64,000 nucleotides of DNA from Polyangiales bacterium (GTDB lineage: Bacteria > Myxococcota_A > Polyangia > Polyangiales > Ga0077539): the NCBI GenBank assembly GCA_044229975.1, contig JBGARZ010000002.1, positions 1,017,125 to 1,081,124 on the forward strand. Direction: 5' to 3'. Every line of letters begins with the position of its first letter. The first letter of the stretch is position 1. The notes beneath the pieces are model-generated. The model was given only the letters and a program-made list of their open reading frames with translations, was not told the origin of the DNA and made no database searches. The translations under genes were made by a program, and so were the position numbers. Positions 1 to 9,886 of the stretch are shown here, in pieces.

Positions 1-639
1 CACGCCGCGCTCGCCAACGCCGCCGTCGATGTCTTCGAGGCCACCTTCGACCCGGCCGCGATCACCCTCGCGCGCACGCTCCTCGACGCCGTGCTCGCAC
101 GCTTCGTCGACGCCGACACCGGCGCGCTGTGCTTCTCCCCCGTCGACGCCGAGGTGGTGCTCTACCGCGCCAACGACGCCTACGACCACGCCTACCCTGG
201 CGGCGTCGGGCTCGCGCTCGAAGCCCTCCTGCGCGTCGCGACGCTCACCGGCCACGCGCCCTACCGCTCCGTCGCCGAGCGCGCCCTCGCACTCTACGCC
301 GCATCCGCGAGAGACAACCCTCTCGCCATGGGAACGGTGCTGCGCGCCGCCGACCGCGCGACCCGCGGCGCCGTCGAGGTGATCGTCGTAGGCGACCCCG
401 CGCGCGAAGACACGCGGGCGCTGCTCTCGGTGGCGCGATCGTTCTTCGTGCCGCACCGCACGCTGGTGTGCGCGCCCGACGAGGCGACCGCCATGGCGAT
501 GGGCATCGACCCCGAGCTGCTGCGCGGTCGAAGCACCGGCGCGAACGGAGCGCCCATGGCCTATGTGTGCCGCGGCACGACCTGCCAGTCGCCGGTCGGT
601 GACGCCGCGGGGCTCACCGCGACGCTGCGCCGGGCGTAG
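1..639 (+). CDS. C-terminal part of thioredoxin-domain protein, YyaL/SSP411 (DUF255) family; 5' end outside the window
   Basis: Frame is open from base 1 (HAALANAAVDVFEATFD...). It contains D-x-A-x-P-G-G (DHAYPGG) and the terminal AYVCRGTTCQSPV motif typical of this family. Confidence 0.8.
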   Translation, partial: HAALANAAVDVFEATFDPAAITLARTLLDAVLARFVDADTGALCFSPVDAEVVLYRANDAYDHAYPGGVGLALEALLRVATLTGHAPYRSVAERALALYAASARDNPLAMGTVLRAADRATRGAVEVIVVGDPAREDTRALLSVARSFFVPHRTLVCAPDEATAMAMGIDPELLRGRSTGANGAPMAYVCRGTTCQSPVGDAAGLTATLRRA

Positions 640-761
640 GCCCGCAACCGCGGCAAAACGAGGGGAAACGCGGGCTCGCGCGGGCTATGGCCTCGCTGTG
701 GGAATGCGTCTATCTTCCGCCGCCCCGTACGACCCGTAGCGAAGGGGATGGAGATTCATCG

Positions 762-2759
762 ATGACCGAGACCGTTGACGCCGCCGCGATCCGCCGCGCG
801 CTCGATCAGAGCCGAGGACAGCGCACCCAGATCACCCGCGGAGCGCCGCTCCCCATCGACACGGCCCATGTGGTCGGCGCGTGCCCCAACTGCGGGCACC
901 TGGGCGCGACGATCCTTGGGTTCCCCGATCCCCCGTACGCGGGGCCGCAGGGCAAGCCGCGCTACCGCAACGCCAAGGAGCTCAACACCTTCGTCGAGGA
1001 GCTGTTCAAGAAGCCCCCTCCGCTCCCGGCCAACGAAGACCCCTCCGAGCCGTCGAAGAACCCGCAGCAGGCTCCGTTCTGGAAGGGCCTCTGCAAGTGC
1101 GGCGCGAAGATCATGCCCCCGCAGCCCGACCCCAAGACGGGCGAGATGGTCGCTGAGCCCGGCGCCACGCCGCGGCAGGTGTGCGGCGTTCGCTTCATCA
1201 AGGCGATGCCGGGCTCCGGCGCCGAGCTGGTCATCGAGGCCCTCGCGGGCGGTGACGGCGGCGTTCCGTACACCGACGGCGTGGTCATCAAGTCGAAGCT
1301 CCTGCGCGCGCCGCTCGACGGCGTCGAGACCGTGGCCTCGGACGAGGTCGACGACGAGAGCATCGAGAAGACCTTCGGCCGCCCGCTCACGCTGGCCAAG
1401 CAGTGGAAGGGCGTGCTCGACGCGGCCGCGAAGGGCGAGGAGTCCATCGCGGAGGTGGAGCCCGGCTACTGGGTCTGGGCCGGCCCCAAGGACGACGCGG
1501 GCCTGGAGCAGCGCGTGAAGGACCTCATCGGCGAGGACAAGCAGAAGGCGGCGTTTCCGCTGGCGATGCTCCCGCAGATGGCCCCGATGCCGCAGGGCCC
1601 GGCGTTCCCGCAGTGGGCCTTCGAGCACGCCGACGCGATCATGAAGGGCGAGATGCGCGCGGGCGTGGTGATGGACCAGGCCGTGACGCGCAAGCTGCTC
1701 CAGGGGCAGCTGGAGCGCGGCGGCCTCGGGTGGACGGAGCAGAACGAGGGCGCGGTGCTCATCGCCTCGGCCGGAGAGCTCCTGTGGCCGATGGAGGTGC
1801 CGATCGTGGCGCTCGGCGCGGCCCACCTCGGGTGGTACCTCGGCGAGACGACGGCGGCGGCGGTGGGCGAGACCATGGCGCGCATCACCGAGGTGAAGCG
1901 CTTCGTCGACACGGCGCGCGCCGAGCGGCCGGAGATGACCTTCGCGGTGCAGGGCACGCAGATGATCCCCAAGCGCGCCGACGGCACCGCGGGCCGGGCG
2001 CTCAACCTGATGGACATGCCCTTCCGCATGCCGCCGGGGAGCAAGGACTTCAAGCGCGAGCTGCGCTTCGCGTGCGACGAGCTGCCGAAGAACCTCGACC
2101 CGTCGCGGTGGTGTCCGTGCGGCGACAAGGCGTGGGTCTGCGCGCGCATCTTCCCGGCCCGCGTGGTCGAGCAGTTCAAGCAGGCGACGCAGGGCAAGAG
2201 CCCGAAGATCATCGAGGCGTGGAACGACGCTCTCCTGGTCGCGGTCATCTCCGACGACCGGCACGTGCGCATCCCGACGCAGGAGGAGCTCGAAGGCTCC
2301 GGCCTCAAGGGCGACGCCTTCGACCGCCGCCTCGCCGAAGAACTCCCCAACAACATCTTCGCCGTCGACGTCTCGATGCACGAGGACAAGAACCAGAAGC
2401 GCGCACTGCTGGCCTTTGGTCCGCTCGTGGCGAGCGTGGTCATCAACGACCACCTCATCAGCGCGCTGCACGGCGCCTGCGGCAAGCCGCTGCGGGGCGA
2501 CGAGGTCTCGGCCGTCGTCACCACCCCCAACGTGATCTGCCTCCACGAGCCGGGCTTCGACGACGACCGCCTGGAGCAGGTGCTCGACATGGGCGCCGCC
2601 ATGGACGGCCTCCCCGCCGACGTGAAGCCGCCCTTCGACCTCTCCTGGGACGTGTCGCTCACGGCCGCTCCGGTGGGCAAGTTCGTCAACCTCAACCCGG
2701 CCCCTCCCGGCCAGGGTCAGCCCCCGCCGCAGCAGGCCAACGCCCCGCGCGGTCGGTGA
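762..2759 (+). CDS. Hypothetical protein with several Cys clusters (possible Zn binding)
   Basis: Long ORF with strong GC3 codon bias; GGAG lies before ATG 762. Motifs CPNCGH, CKCG and CPCG..C; no family recognised. Confidence 0.75.
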   Translation: MTETVDAAAIRRALDQSRGQRTQITRGAPLPIDTAHVVGACPNCGHLGATILGFPDPPYAGPQGKPRYRNAKELNTFVEELFKKPPPLPANEDPSEPSKNPQQAPFWKGLCKCGAKIMPPQPDPKTGEMVAEPGATPRQVCGVRFIKAMPGSGAELVIEALAGGDGGVPYTDGVVIKSKLLRAPLDGVETVASDEVDDESIEKTFGRPLTLAKQWKGVLDAAAKGEESIAEVEPGYWVWAGPKDDAGLEQRVKDLIGEDKQKAAFPLAMLPQMAPMPQGPAFPQWAFEHADAIMKGEMRAGVVMDQAVTRKLLQGQLERGGLGWTEQNEGAVLIASAGELLWPMEVPIVALGAAHLGWYLGETTAAAVGETMARITEVKRFVDTARAERPEMTFAVQGTQMIPKRADGTAGRALNLMDMPFRMPPGSKDFKRELRFACDELPKNLDPSRWCPCGDKAWVCARIFPARVVEQFKQATQGKSPKIIEAWNDALLVAVISDDRHVRIPTQEELEGSGLKGDAFDRRLAEELPNNIFAVDVSMHEDKNQKRALLAFGPLVASVVINDHLISALHGACGKPLRGDEVSAVVTTPNVICLHEPGFDDDRLEQVLDMGAAMDGLPADVKPPFDLSWDVSLTAAPVGKFVNLNPAPPGQGQPPPQQANAPRGR

Positions 2760-2778
2760 TACCCTCCCGCGCGCTCCG

Positions 2779-3933
2779 ATGATCGACAGCGCGCGACTCC
2801 GCTCCCACTACACAGCGTTCCTGCGACCCGGTCGGGTGCTCCTCACGGGGCACTCGCACCAGGCGTGGCCCGACGTCGCCCGCGACGCGCTCACCGAGTG
2901 CTTCGACGCCGCCGCCCTCCACGTCGACGACAAGTGGGGCGCGGCCTTCGCCGTCGCCGACGAGCTGCGCGCGGGCCTCGCGTCCGACCTCGGCGGCCAC
3001 GCCCGCGACTACGCGCTCGACCTCAACACCCACGCGCTGGTGACCCGCTTTCTCAGCGCGCTTCCGTGGTCGAAGCGCCGGCACCTCGTCACCACCGCGG
3101 GCGAGTTTCACACCCTGCACCGCCAGCTCCGGCGGCTCGCCGAAGAGGGCATCCGGGTCACCTTCGTCGACCCCTCACCCGTCGACTCGCTCGCCGCCCG
3201 CCTCGCCGCCGCGGTCACCGCCGACACCGCCGCGGTGCTCTGCTCGTCGGTGCTCTTCGAGACCTCCAGCGTGGTGCCCGACCTCGGCGACCTCGCCGCC
3301 CGCTGCCGCGCGCTCGCGGTGCCGTTGCTCGTCGACGCCTATCACCACTTCGCGGTCGTCCCCTTCGATCGCGCGGCCCTCGGCGACGAGGTCTTCGTGC
3401 TCGGTGGCGGGTACAAGTACGCGCAGTGGGGCGAAGGCGTGTGCTTCCTCGGAGCGCCCCCTGCCAACGACCTGCGCCCGGTGCTCACCGGATGGTTCGC
3501 CGACTTCGCGCACCTCGCCGACCGTCGAACCGACGCGCCCGTGCAGTACGGCGACGACGGCGCGGCGCGCTTCGCCGGCGCCACCTACGACCCGGCGAGC
3601 CACTACCGGGCCCGCGCGGTGCGGCGCTTCTTCGACGCCCAGGGCCTCACCATCGACGCGCGCCGAGAGGTCTCCCTTGCACAGACGGCGCACCTCCTCG
3701 CGGCCGCCGACCGGCTCTCGCTCGACGTGGCGACCCCGCGCGCCGACGCTCGTCGGGGAGGCTTCGTGGCGGTGCGGGTCAACGACGCGAGCGACGCAGT
3801 CGAGGCGCTGAAGGGCCACGGCATCTGGACAGACTCGCGCGGCGACCTGCTGCGACTGGGCCCCGCGCCCTACTCCACATTGGACGAACTCGATCAGGCC
3901 ATGGAGGCTCTGGGCGCGTGGACACGGCGATGA
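2779..3933 (+). CDS. PLP-dependent class V aminotransferase-fold enzyme, kynureninase-like
   Basis: GHSH near the N-terminus, EFHT, LLVDAYH, GGGYKY (PLP lysine), GWFA, RGGF, DSRGDLLRLGPAPY. Confidence 0.75.
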   Translation: MIDSARLRSHYTAFLRPGRVLLTGHSHQAWPDVARDALTECFDAAALHVDDKWGAAFAVADELRAGLASDLGGHARDYALDLNTHALVTRFLSALPWSKRRHLVTTAGEFHTLHRQLRRLAEEGIRVTFVDPSPVDSLAARLAAAVTADTAAVLCSSVLFETSSVVPDLGDLAARCRALAVPLLVDAYHHFAVVPFDRAALGDEVFVLGGGYKYAQWGEGVCFLGAPPANDLRPVLTGWFADFAHLADRRTDAPVQYGDDGAARFAGATYDPASHYRARAVRRFFDAQGLTIDARREVSLAQTAHLLAAADRLSLDVATPRADARRGGFVAVRVNDASDAVEALKGHGIWTDSRGDLLRLGPAPYSTLDELDQAMEALGAWTRR

Positions 3934-4448
3934 AGCGAGCGACGACGTTCTGGCTGATGGCGACCCTGGGGTGCGCGAGCACGCAGACGACAACGGCGCC
4001 CGCCGCGCCTGCGAGCGACGAGGCCCTCGCGCGGGTGGCGGCGGTGCACGGGGGCGCCGGGCCCTTCGCCGTAGCGGGATACCGCATGGGGGCGCGGGCG
4101 CTGACGGAGCTGTCGCTGCCGCGCGGGAGCTTCGACGTCGACGTGGAGCACACCTCGCCGCCGGAGGTGCAGTTCAGTTGCATCGCGGACGGGGTGGCCG
4201 CGGCGACGGGGGCGAGCCTCGGGAGGCTCAACCTCCGGCGCGTCGACACCACCGACGGGACGACCCACACCCAGGTGCGCGACCGCCGCAGCGGTCGGGC
4301 CGTGGTGCTGCGGTTGACGCCGGGCTTCCTGGCGCGGTACCGCGACGTACCGATGCCGGGGCTCGGCGCGGCGGGTCGCACGGTGCTCGACCTGCGCGAC
4401 GAGGAGATCTTCGAGGTGGTGCCAGAGCCGCGAGAGGTGACGCGATGA
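3930..4448 (+). CDS. FmdE-family protein with lipoprotein-like signal peptide
   Basis: ATGA overlap with the upstream stop. VHGGAGPFAVAGYRMG and SCIADGVAAATGAS match the FmdE pattern; N-terminus MKRATTFWLMATLGC. Confidence 0.65.
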   Translation: MKRATTFWLMATLGCASTQTTTAPAAPASDEALARVAAVHGGAGPFAVAGYRMGARALTELSLPRGSFDVDVEHTSPPEVQFSCIADGVAAATGASLGRLNLRRVDTTDGTTHTQVRDRRSGRAVVLRLTPGFLARYRDVPMPGLGAAGRTVLDLRDEEIFEVVPEPREVTR

Positions 4449-4972
4449 CCGACGCCGTACCGTTCAAGCTGAGCCGCGAGAGCAACATCCGCGTCGACCG
4501 CGAGGGGCACATCTGGCACGAGGGCGAACGGGTGCTGCACCCGGGCCTCGCGCGCACCCTCGCCCGCTGGATCGACATCGAGCCGAGCGGCCGCTACGTG
4601 ATGCGCAACGCGCTCGACTGGTGCTTCATCACCGTCGACCACACGCCCCTGGTCGTGCGCTCGGTGACGCTGGAGACCGACCCCGCGATGCGCGTCGAGG
4701 TCGAGCTCTCCGACGACACCACCGAGAAGCTCGACCTGCGCACCGTACAGGTCGACCCCGATGGAGTGGTCTACGCCCACGTCCGTGGGGGCAAGCTCCT
4801 GGCGCGCTTCGACCGGCAGCCGTCGTTCAAGTTTCTGGAGCACGTCGAGGCCGACGAGAAGGGCATCATGATCTTCCGTTTGGGTACGCTCATGGTCCGC
4901 ATCGCCCCGCTGGAGCGCGGCGAGACCCTCGTCCCCCCTGCCCCGCCGCGCAGCCAGGCCAGCCGCGGCTGA
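4445..4972 (+). CDS. DUF1285-like protein
   Basis: ATGA overlap; IRVDREGHIWHEG...FITVDHTPLVV...YAHVRGGKLLARFDR. Confidence 0.65.
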   Translation: MTDAVPFKLSRESNIRVDREGHIWHEGERVLHPGLARTLARWIDIEPSGRYVMRNALDWCFITVDHTPLVVRSVTLETDPAMRVEVELSDDTTEKLDLRTVQVDPDGVVYAHVRGGKLLARFDRQPSFKFLEHVEADEKGIMIFRLGTLMVRIAPLERGETLVPPAPPRSQASRG

Positions 4973-5043
4973 TGGTCGCAGCGACGGGGATGCCGGTTGA
5001 CCCCGCTCGGGCCGCGGTGCTACCGCCCGCCGCGATCACCCCG

Positions 5044-5298
5044 ATGCCCACGGTCACGCTCTACACCCGACGCGGCTGCCACCTCTGCGACGACGCCAAG
5101 ACCGTCCTCGACGCCGTCCGGGGCGAGCACCCCTTCGAGCTCGCGGTCGTCGACATCGACACCGACCCCGCGCTCGTCGCGCGCTACACCGACGAAGTGC
5201 CGGTCATCGCGGTCGACGGTCGTAAGGCGTTCAAGTACCGCGTGACGGCGGCCGAGCTCGTCGCGCGCCTCCAGCAGTCGGAGGCCACCACGCCATGA
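5044..5298 (+). CDS. Glutaredoxin-like protein (DUF836 type)
   Basis: VTLYTRRGCHLCDDAK (CxxC), VDID...YTDEVPV. Confidence 0.8.
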   Translation: MPTVTLYTRRGCHLCDDAKTVLDAVRGEHPFELAVVDIDTDPALVARYTDEVPVIAVDGRKAFKYRVTAAELVARLQQSEATTP

Positions 5299-5879
5299 GC
5301 CGACCTCCCTTCGATCGCCGTCAGACCGCCCTCATCGTCTCTGGCGCCTTCGTCATCGCGGCGCTCGCCGCAGGCGTCACCTTTGGCGCGGCCGCCCTCG
5401 ACGGTGAGCACCGCCGCGGCACCGCGCTCATCGCCACGCTGCGCCCCGACTACGTCGGCAACGACCGCGTCGCGCCCGACTTCTCCCTGCGCGACCGCAA
5501 CGGCCGCAGCGTCAGCCTCCGCTCCTTCCGCGGACGAACGGTGGTGCTGCACTTCTGGTCGCGCGAGTGCCCGCCGTGCATCGAAGAGCTCGCCGAGTCG
5601 CTCCCGGCCTTCGACGAGCTGGTGCACTCCACGCCCGACCTCGCGCTCCTCATGGTCAGCGTCGACGCCAACTGGGCCGCCGTCGCGCCGCTGGTCCCGT
5701 CCAGCATGCACGCGCCGATGCTCTTCGACCCCGATCGCAGCGTCGTCGAACGCCGTTACGGCACGAAGCTATTCCCCGAGACCTGGATCATCGACCCCGA
5801 AGGCGTCATCCGCGCCCGCTTCGACCGCACCCTCGACTGGACCTCGCCCGCCCTGCTCTCGTTCGTGCGCTCGCTCTAG
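5295..5879 (+). CDS. Membrane-anchored TlpA/ResA-type thioredoxin (redoxin)
   Basis: N-terminal hydrophobic segment, APDFSL, FWSRECPPCIEE, YGTKLFPETWIIDPEG; ATGA overlap. Confidence 0.85.
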   Translation: MSRPPFDRRQTALIVSGAFVIAALAAGVTFGAAALDGEHRRGTALIATLRPDYVGNDRVAPDFSLRDRNGRSVSLRSFRGRTVVLHFWSRECPPCIEELAESLPAFDELVHSTPDLALLMVSVDANWAAVAPLVPSSMHAPMLFDPDRSVVERRYGTKLFPETWIIDPEGVIRARFDRTLDWTSPALLSFVRSL

Positions 5880-5902
5880 CGAGGCCATCGCGCGGGGCGT
5901 GC

Positions 5903-5931
5903 TTGACCCCGTGCGGGCGCCCTTCTACACC
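5903..5931 (+). promoter_or_regulatory. Candidate sigma70-type promoter for lgt (possibly leaderless)
   Basis: TTGACC (5903-5908), a 17-bp spacer, then TACACC (5926-5931), 8 bp before ATG 5940. Confidence 0.4.
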
Positions 5932-5939
5932 GCGTCCCC

Positions 5940-7238
5940 ATGCATCCGGTCATGATCACGGTCCCGGGGTGGGCGTTCAAGTTCATCGTCCCCGCGCTCA
6001 TCCTGTGGGGCGTCTACTCCATCATCGTCAACGTCAACCGCAACGGCGCACCGCCGCCGAAGAAGGGCGCGGAGGGCGACGCGAAGGACGACAAGGGCCC
6101 CATCGCCGACTCACCCGCCAACGCCCTGTTGTCGGTCGCCATCGGCATCGGCGTCTTCGCCTACGCCGCGCCCCTCGGGCTGCACGGCTCCAACGCCGAG
6201 AAGGCCCTCCAGGTCATCAAGGGCTTCGCCCGCGGCCTCATCTGGAAGTCCCCGTGGGAGTCGCTCCCCATCTACTCGTACGGCGTGATGCTCGGGCTCT
6301 CGCTCGTCGTCGGCTGGTACGTCGTGCTCGGGCTCACCGACCGGCAGGGCCTCCCCCGCGACAAGATGGCCGACTGCTACGTCTTCACCGCCTTCATGGC
6401 CGTGGTCGGCGCGCGCGTCCTCTACTTCCTCACCAACCTCGACGAGTTCTCGTCGCCCCTCCAGATCCTCCAGCTCCGCTCGGGCGGCCTCGTCGCCTAC
6501 GGCGGCTTCCTCGGCGGCCTGCTGGGCAGCGTGATCTACCTCTATCGCAACGGCTTCTCGCTCTGGAAGTGGGCCGACGCCGCCGTCCCCGCCCTCGGCT
6601 CCGGGCTCATGATCACCCGCCTCGGTTGCTACATGTACGGCTGCGACTTCGGCCAGCCGCTCTCGCCGCGCGCGCCCGCGTGGTTGAAGTTCCTCGGCAC
6701 CTTCCCCCACTGGCACGACGGCCACGGGGCGCCCGCCTGGCAGCAGCACGTGCGCCTCGGGTTCCGCGCCACCCGCGAGGTCTGCGAGCGCGGCTACCAC
6801 GGCATCTTCAACGCCGCCGACGGCCTCTGCCACATCGCCCCCACCACCGAGCACTCGGTGCCCGTGCACCCCACCCAGCTCTACGAGTCGCTCGTGGGCC
6901 TCGGCGTGTTCGCGACGCTCCTCTTCATCTGGCGCCGCCGTCAGTGGGAAGGCCAGGTCTTCCTCGCCTTCTGGATCGTCTACGGCGTCGGCCGCTTCCT
7001 GCTGGAGATCATCCGCGACGACGCCGAGCGCGGCACCGTGGGCAACCTCTCCACGTCGCAGTTCATCGCCATCGTCTCGGTGGTCATCTGCATCCCGCTC
7101 TACCTCTACCGTCGCAAGACCGCCGAGCGCGCGAAGCCCGCCAACCTCTTCGCCCCCGTCGAGAAGCCCGCCGTCGAGACGAAGCCCGTCGCGGAAGAGA
7201 AGCCCGCCGCCGACGACAAGCCCGCCGCCTCGAACTGA
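5940..7238 (+). CDS. lgt: Prolipoprotein diacylglyceryl transferase
   Basis: YSYGVM, VGARVLY, GGLVAYGGFLGG, RLGCYMYGCDFG, HPTQLYES, GRFLLEIIRDD, STSQFI. Confidence 0.92.
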   Translation: MHPVMITVPGWAFKFIVPALILWGVYSIIVNVNRNGAPPPKKGAEGDAKDDKGPIADSPANALLSVAIGIGVFAYAAPLGLHGSNAEKALQVIKGFARGLIWKSPWESLPIYSYGVMLGLSLVVGWYVVLGLTDRQGLPRDKMADCYVFTAFMAVVGARVLYFLTNLDEFSSPLQILQLRSGGLVAYGGFLGGLLGSVIYLYRNGFSLWKWADAAVPALGSGLMITRLGCYMYGCDFGQPLSPRAPAWLKFLGTFPHWHDGHGAPAWQQHVRLGFRATREVCERGYHGIFNAADGLCHIAPTTEHSVPVHPTQLYESLVGLGVFATLLFIWRRRQWEGQVFLAFWIVYGVGRFLLEIIRDDAERGTVGNLSTSQFIAIVSVVICIPLYLYRRKTAERAKPANLFAPVEKPAVETKPVAEEKPAADDKPAASN

Positions 7239-7402
7239 TCGCCCGCCCCCGTCTCCGCGCAATCCTGTCTTGTGCGGCACTTGCGCCACCTGCGCTCCTG
7301 TCGTCCAATCGCCGATGAGAAGTGGGTACCGGCCCGGTGACCGATGGTGGTCGTCGGCGGCGTCTCCGCATCTCCCCACCGGCTTCTTCAGGAGCCCCGC
7401 GC

Positions 7403-9877
7403 ATGCCGCACCTCATCGGCCTCGAACTGCACACGGACGGCATCTCCGTCGCCGCGCTGCGCCCCGACCAGACCATCGTGCTCCGGCCGGTCAACGACCT
7501 GGCGGGCATCCTCCAGCGGACGAGCTCCCTGCGGTGGAAGTGGTCGCTCGGCACCGAAGAGCGCGACGCGGGTGCGGTGGCCGTGGCGGCGGAGATCTTC
7601 CAGTCGCTCCAGCACGCCATGGGCGACGACCACGTGCTCGCCGCCGTCGCGGTCCCATCGGTGTGGACCGATCGTGCGCGGCGCTCGCTCCTGCGCGCGA
7701 TGGAAGACACCAGCATCGAGGCGATGCGGCTCGTGCGCGACACCACCGCGCTCGCCCTCGGCGCGAGCCTCGTCGACCCCACCGTCCATGGTCTCTGCGC
7801 GATCATCGACCTCGGCATCCACAAGCTGGAGATCGCCATCGCGGAGGTCGGTACCGGGGCGGTCAGGGTGCGGGCGCGGCGCGGTGTCGTGGGCCTCGAC
7901 TCGTCCAACGTGAAGCCCGAAGGAATCCTCCCCCTGGTGATGGAGGTGGCCCGCTACGTCGCCCACGAGGCGGGCGTCGCCCCGACCGATCTGGCGCGCG
8001 TCGTGACCTGCGGGCGAAGGCTGGCGTCGCGTGAGCTCGCCGACGGAATCGGCGCCGTGTGGGGCATCCCCGCCAACGTGTTCCCGGGCGGAACGATCGC
8101 GCTCGGTGCCGCGGGCGTGGCCGTCAGCCTCACGGGGATGATCCCGCCGTGGATCGTGATCGATGACCTCGACGAGACGCCCCTGAGCAACCTCCGTGGC
8201 AACGCCCGTCGGCCGGCATCGCTCACCCCCGCGCCTGTTCCCATCCCCGCGGCCGACGCTCCGACGCCCGCGTCAACGCCCACCGTGATGCCAGAGCCGG
8301 AAGTCATTCCCCTGGACGCCTTGCCCGTCGAGACCTACCGCACGCCCGACGTGTCGCGCGCCTCGTCGCTCGCCCTGCCGCGCGTCCCGCCGCCCACCAC
8401 GGCGCCGACCCCCCAACGCGCCGTGGTCTCGTCCGCCTCCTCCGCGAGAGTCCCCCGCTCGCTCGCTCCACGCGCTCCCCGCCCGGCGCCCGTCGAGGCT
8501 CCGCCGACCCCCGCCGCGCCCGCGGTCGAGGCCGCCGCGCCGCCGCCAATCGATCCCGCATCGCCCGCGTCGCCCGCGCCGATGGAGGTCGCGCCCGAAG
8601 AGGTCCCGCTCCTCGACCTCGCGCCCGAGGACATCTCATCGATGGACGTCGCACCACGCCTCACGCCCTCACCCACCCCGCTGCCGGCGCCAGTCTCGGA
8701 GCGGCCGCCGCCGTACGACCCGACGCCATCCCGGTCGCCCTCGTCGTCGCAAGACCTCGTCGCGGTGGACACTGGACGCATCAGCGAGCTCCCGTACGCC
8801 CCGTCGACCTCGACGCACGTCGTCGAACCCCACTCGGGGCCCTTCGTCGGCCTTCCTCGGCTCGACTCGATTCTCGCGCTCGACCTCGTGCACCCCGCCG
8901 AAAACGAAGGGCTCGCGCGGCCCACCATCGCGACGCTGCTCAACCAGTTCACGTTTCTGCGCGGCATCTCCGGGACGCTCACGCTGCGGTCGCGCGCCGA
9001 GGAGATCACCCTCCCCATCGACCGCGGCGGGGTGTGCCTCACCGCCGCCGAGCGCGGCCGCACCCTGCGCATCTTCGACTGGCCCGACGGGGCCTACTCC
9101 TGGCGTCGTGAGAAGCACCCGTGGGCGGTGCAGAAGCAGCGCTTCCCGATGACGGCCTACCTCGTCGCGGGCCTCCGCATCCGGCTGCGCAACTTCGACG
9201 ACCCGCAGTTCACGCAGGTGCACATGCCGAAGATGCGGCTCTCTCCGACGGTCATCGACGACCGCCGCGGACGCCTCGAACGCCTCGCGCTCCCGGAGGC
9301 CGAGCACCGCGCGGTGGAGTACGTCGTCGATGGCACGCGCAGCTTCGAGCGGATGCTCGGCGAGGGGTACATCGGCCGAACGACCTTCCAGCGACTGGTG
9401 CTGCTGCTCGACCTCTACGGCATCTTGCAGTGGGCCCAGCCGACGCTCTCCGACCACGAAGACCCCATCGCGGCGATGACGAAGCTCTACGGCAAGATCG
9501 AGCGGGCCAACCACTTCGTCGCCATGGGCATCCACTGGAGCGCGCCGCCCATCGAGATCCTCGCGGCGTGGGAGAAGGCCCAGGAGACCTACGGCCCCGG
9601 CGGGACCATGGAGAAGTACGAGCCCATGATCGCGGCCCGCATCCTCCGGCGCATCAGCGGGGCGTGGCAGATCCTGCGGGTCGACGCGCTGCGCGTGGCC
9701 CACCGCCGCGAGGCGTACCCCGGGATGGACGAGGACCTCCTCGCGCCCCTGGTGGAGGCCCGCGCCAAGGCGCTGGAGATGCGCGGAGAGAAGAGCGAGG
9801 CGGCGGTGATGATGCGGCTGCGCGGGGAGTTCACGGTGACCTCGATTCCCGAGGAGCCCGTGAAGCCCAAGCGCTGA
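7403..9877 (+). CDS. Multidomain protein: degenerate Hsp70/DnaK-like ATPase domain, Pro-rich linker, DUF4388-like domain, degenerate J-domain
   Basis: AGGAG lies before ATG 7403. AVAVPSVWTDRARRSLLRA...RLVRDTTALAL...IIDLG aligns to DnaK AVITVPAYFNDAQRQAT...RIINEPTAAAL...VYDLG. C-terminal NHFVAMGIHWSA...EILAAW...RRISGAWQIL...R resembles a J-domain. Confidence 0.7.
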   Translation: MPHLIGLELHTDGISVAALRPDQTIVLRPVNDLAGILQRTSSLRWKWSLGTEERDAGAVAVAAEIFQSLQHAMGDDHVLAAVAVPSVWTDRARRSLLRAMEDTSIEAMRLVRDTTALALGASLVDPTVHGLCAIIDLGIHKLEIAIAEVGTGAVRVRARRGVVGLDSSNVKPEGILPLVMEVARYVAHEAGVAPTDLARVVTCGRRLASRELADGIGAVWGIPANVFPGGTIALGAAGVAVSLTGMIPPWIVIDDLDETPLSNLRGNARRPASLTPAPVPIPAADAPTPASTPTVMPEPEVIPLDALPVETYRTPDVSRASSLALPRVPPPTTAPTPQRAVVSSASSARVPRSLAPRAPRPAPVEAPPTPAAPAVEAAAPPPIDPASPASPAPMEVAPEEVPLLDLAPEDISSMDVAPRLTPSPTPLPAPVSERPPPYDPTPSRSPSSSQDLVAVDTGRISELPYAPSTSTHVVEPHSGPFVGLPRLDSILALDLVHPAENEGLARPTIATLLNQFTFLRGISGTLTLRSRAEEITLPIDRGGVCLTAAERGRTLRIFDWPDGAYSWRREKHPWAVQKQRFPMTAYLVAGLRIRLRNFDDPQFTQVHMPKMRLSPTVIDDRRGRLERLALPEAEHRAVEYVVDGTRSFERMLGEGYIGRTTFQRLVLLLDLYGILQWAQPTLSDHEDPIAAMTKLYGKIERANHFVAMGIHWSAPPIEILAAWEKAQETYGPGGTMEKYEPMIAARILRRISGAWQILRVDALRVAHRREAYPGMDEDLLAPLVEARAKALEMRGEKSEAAVMMRLRGEFTVTSIPEEPVKPKR

Positions 9878-9886
9878 GGGACGGCG

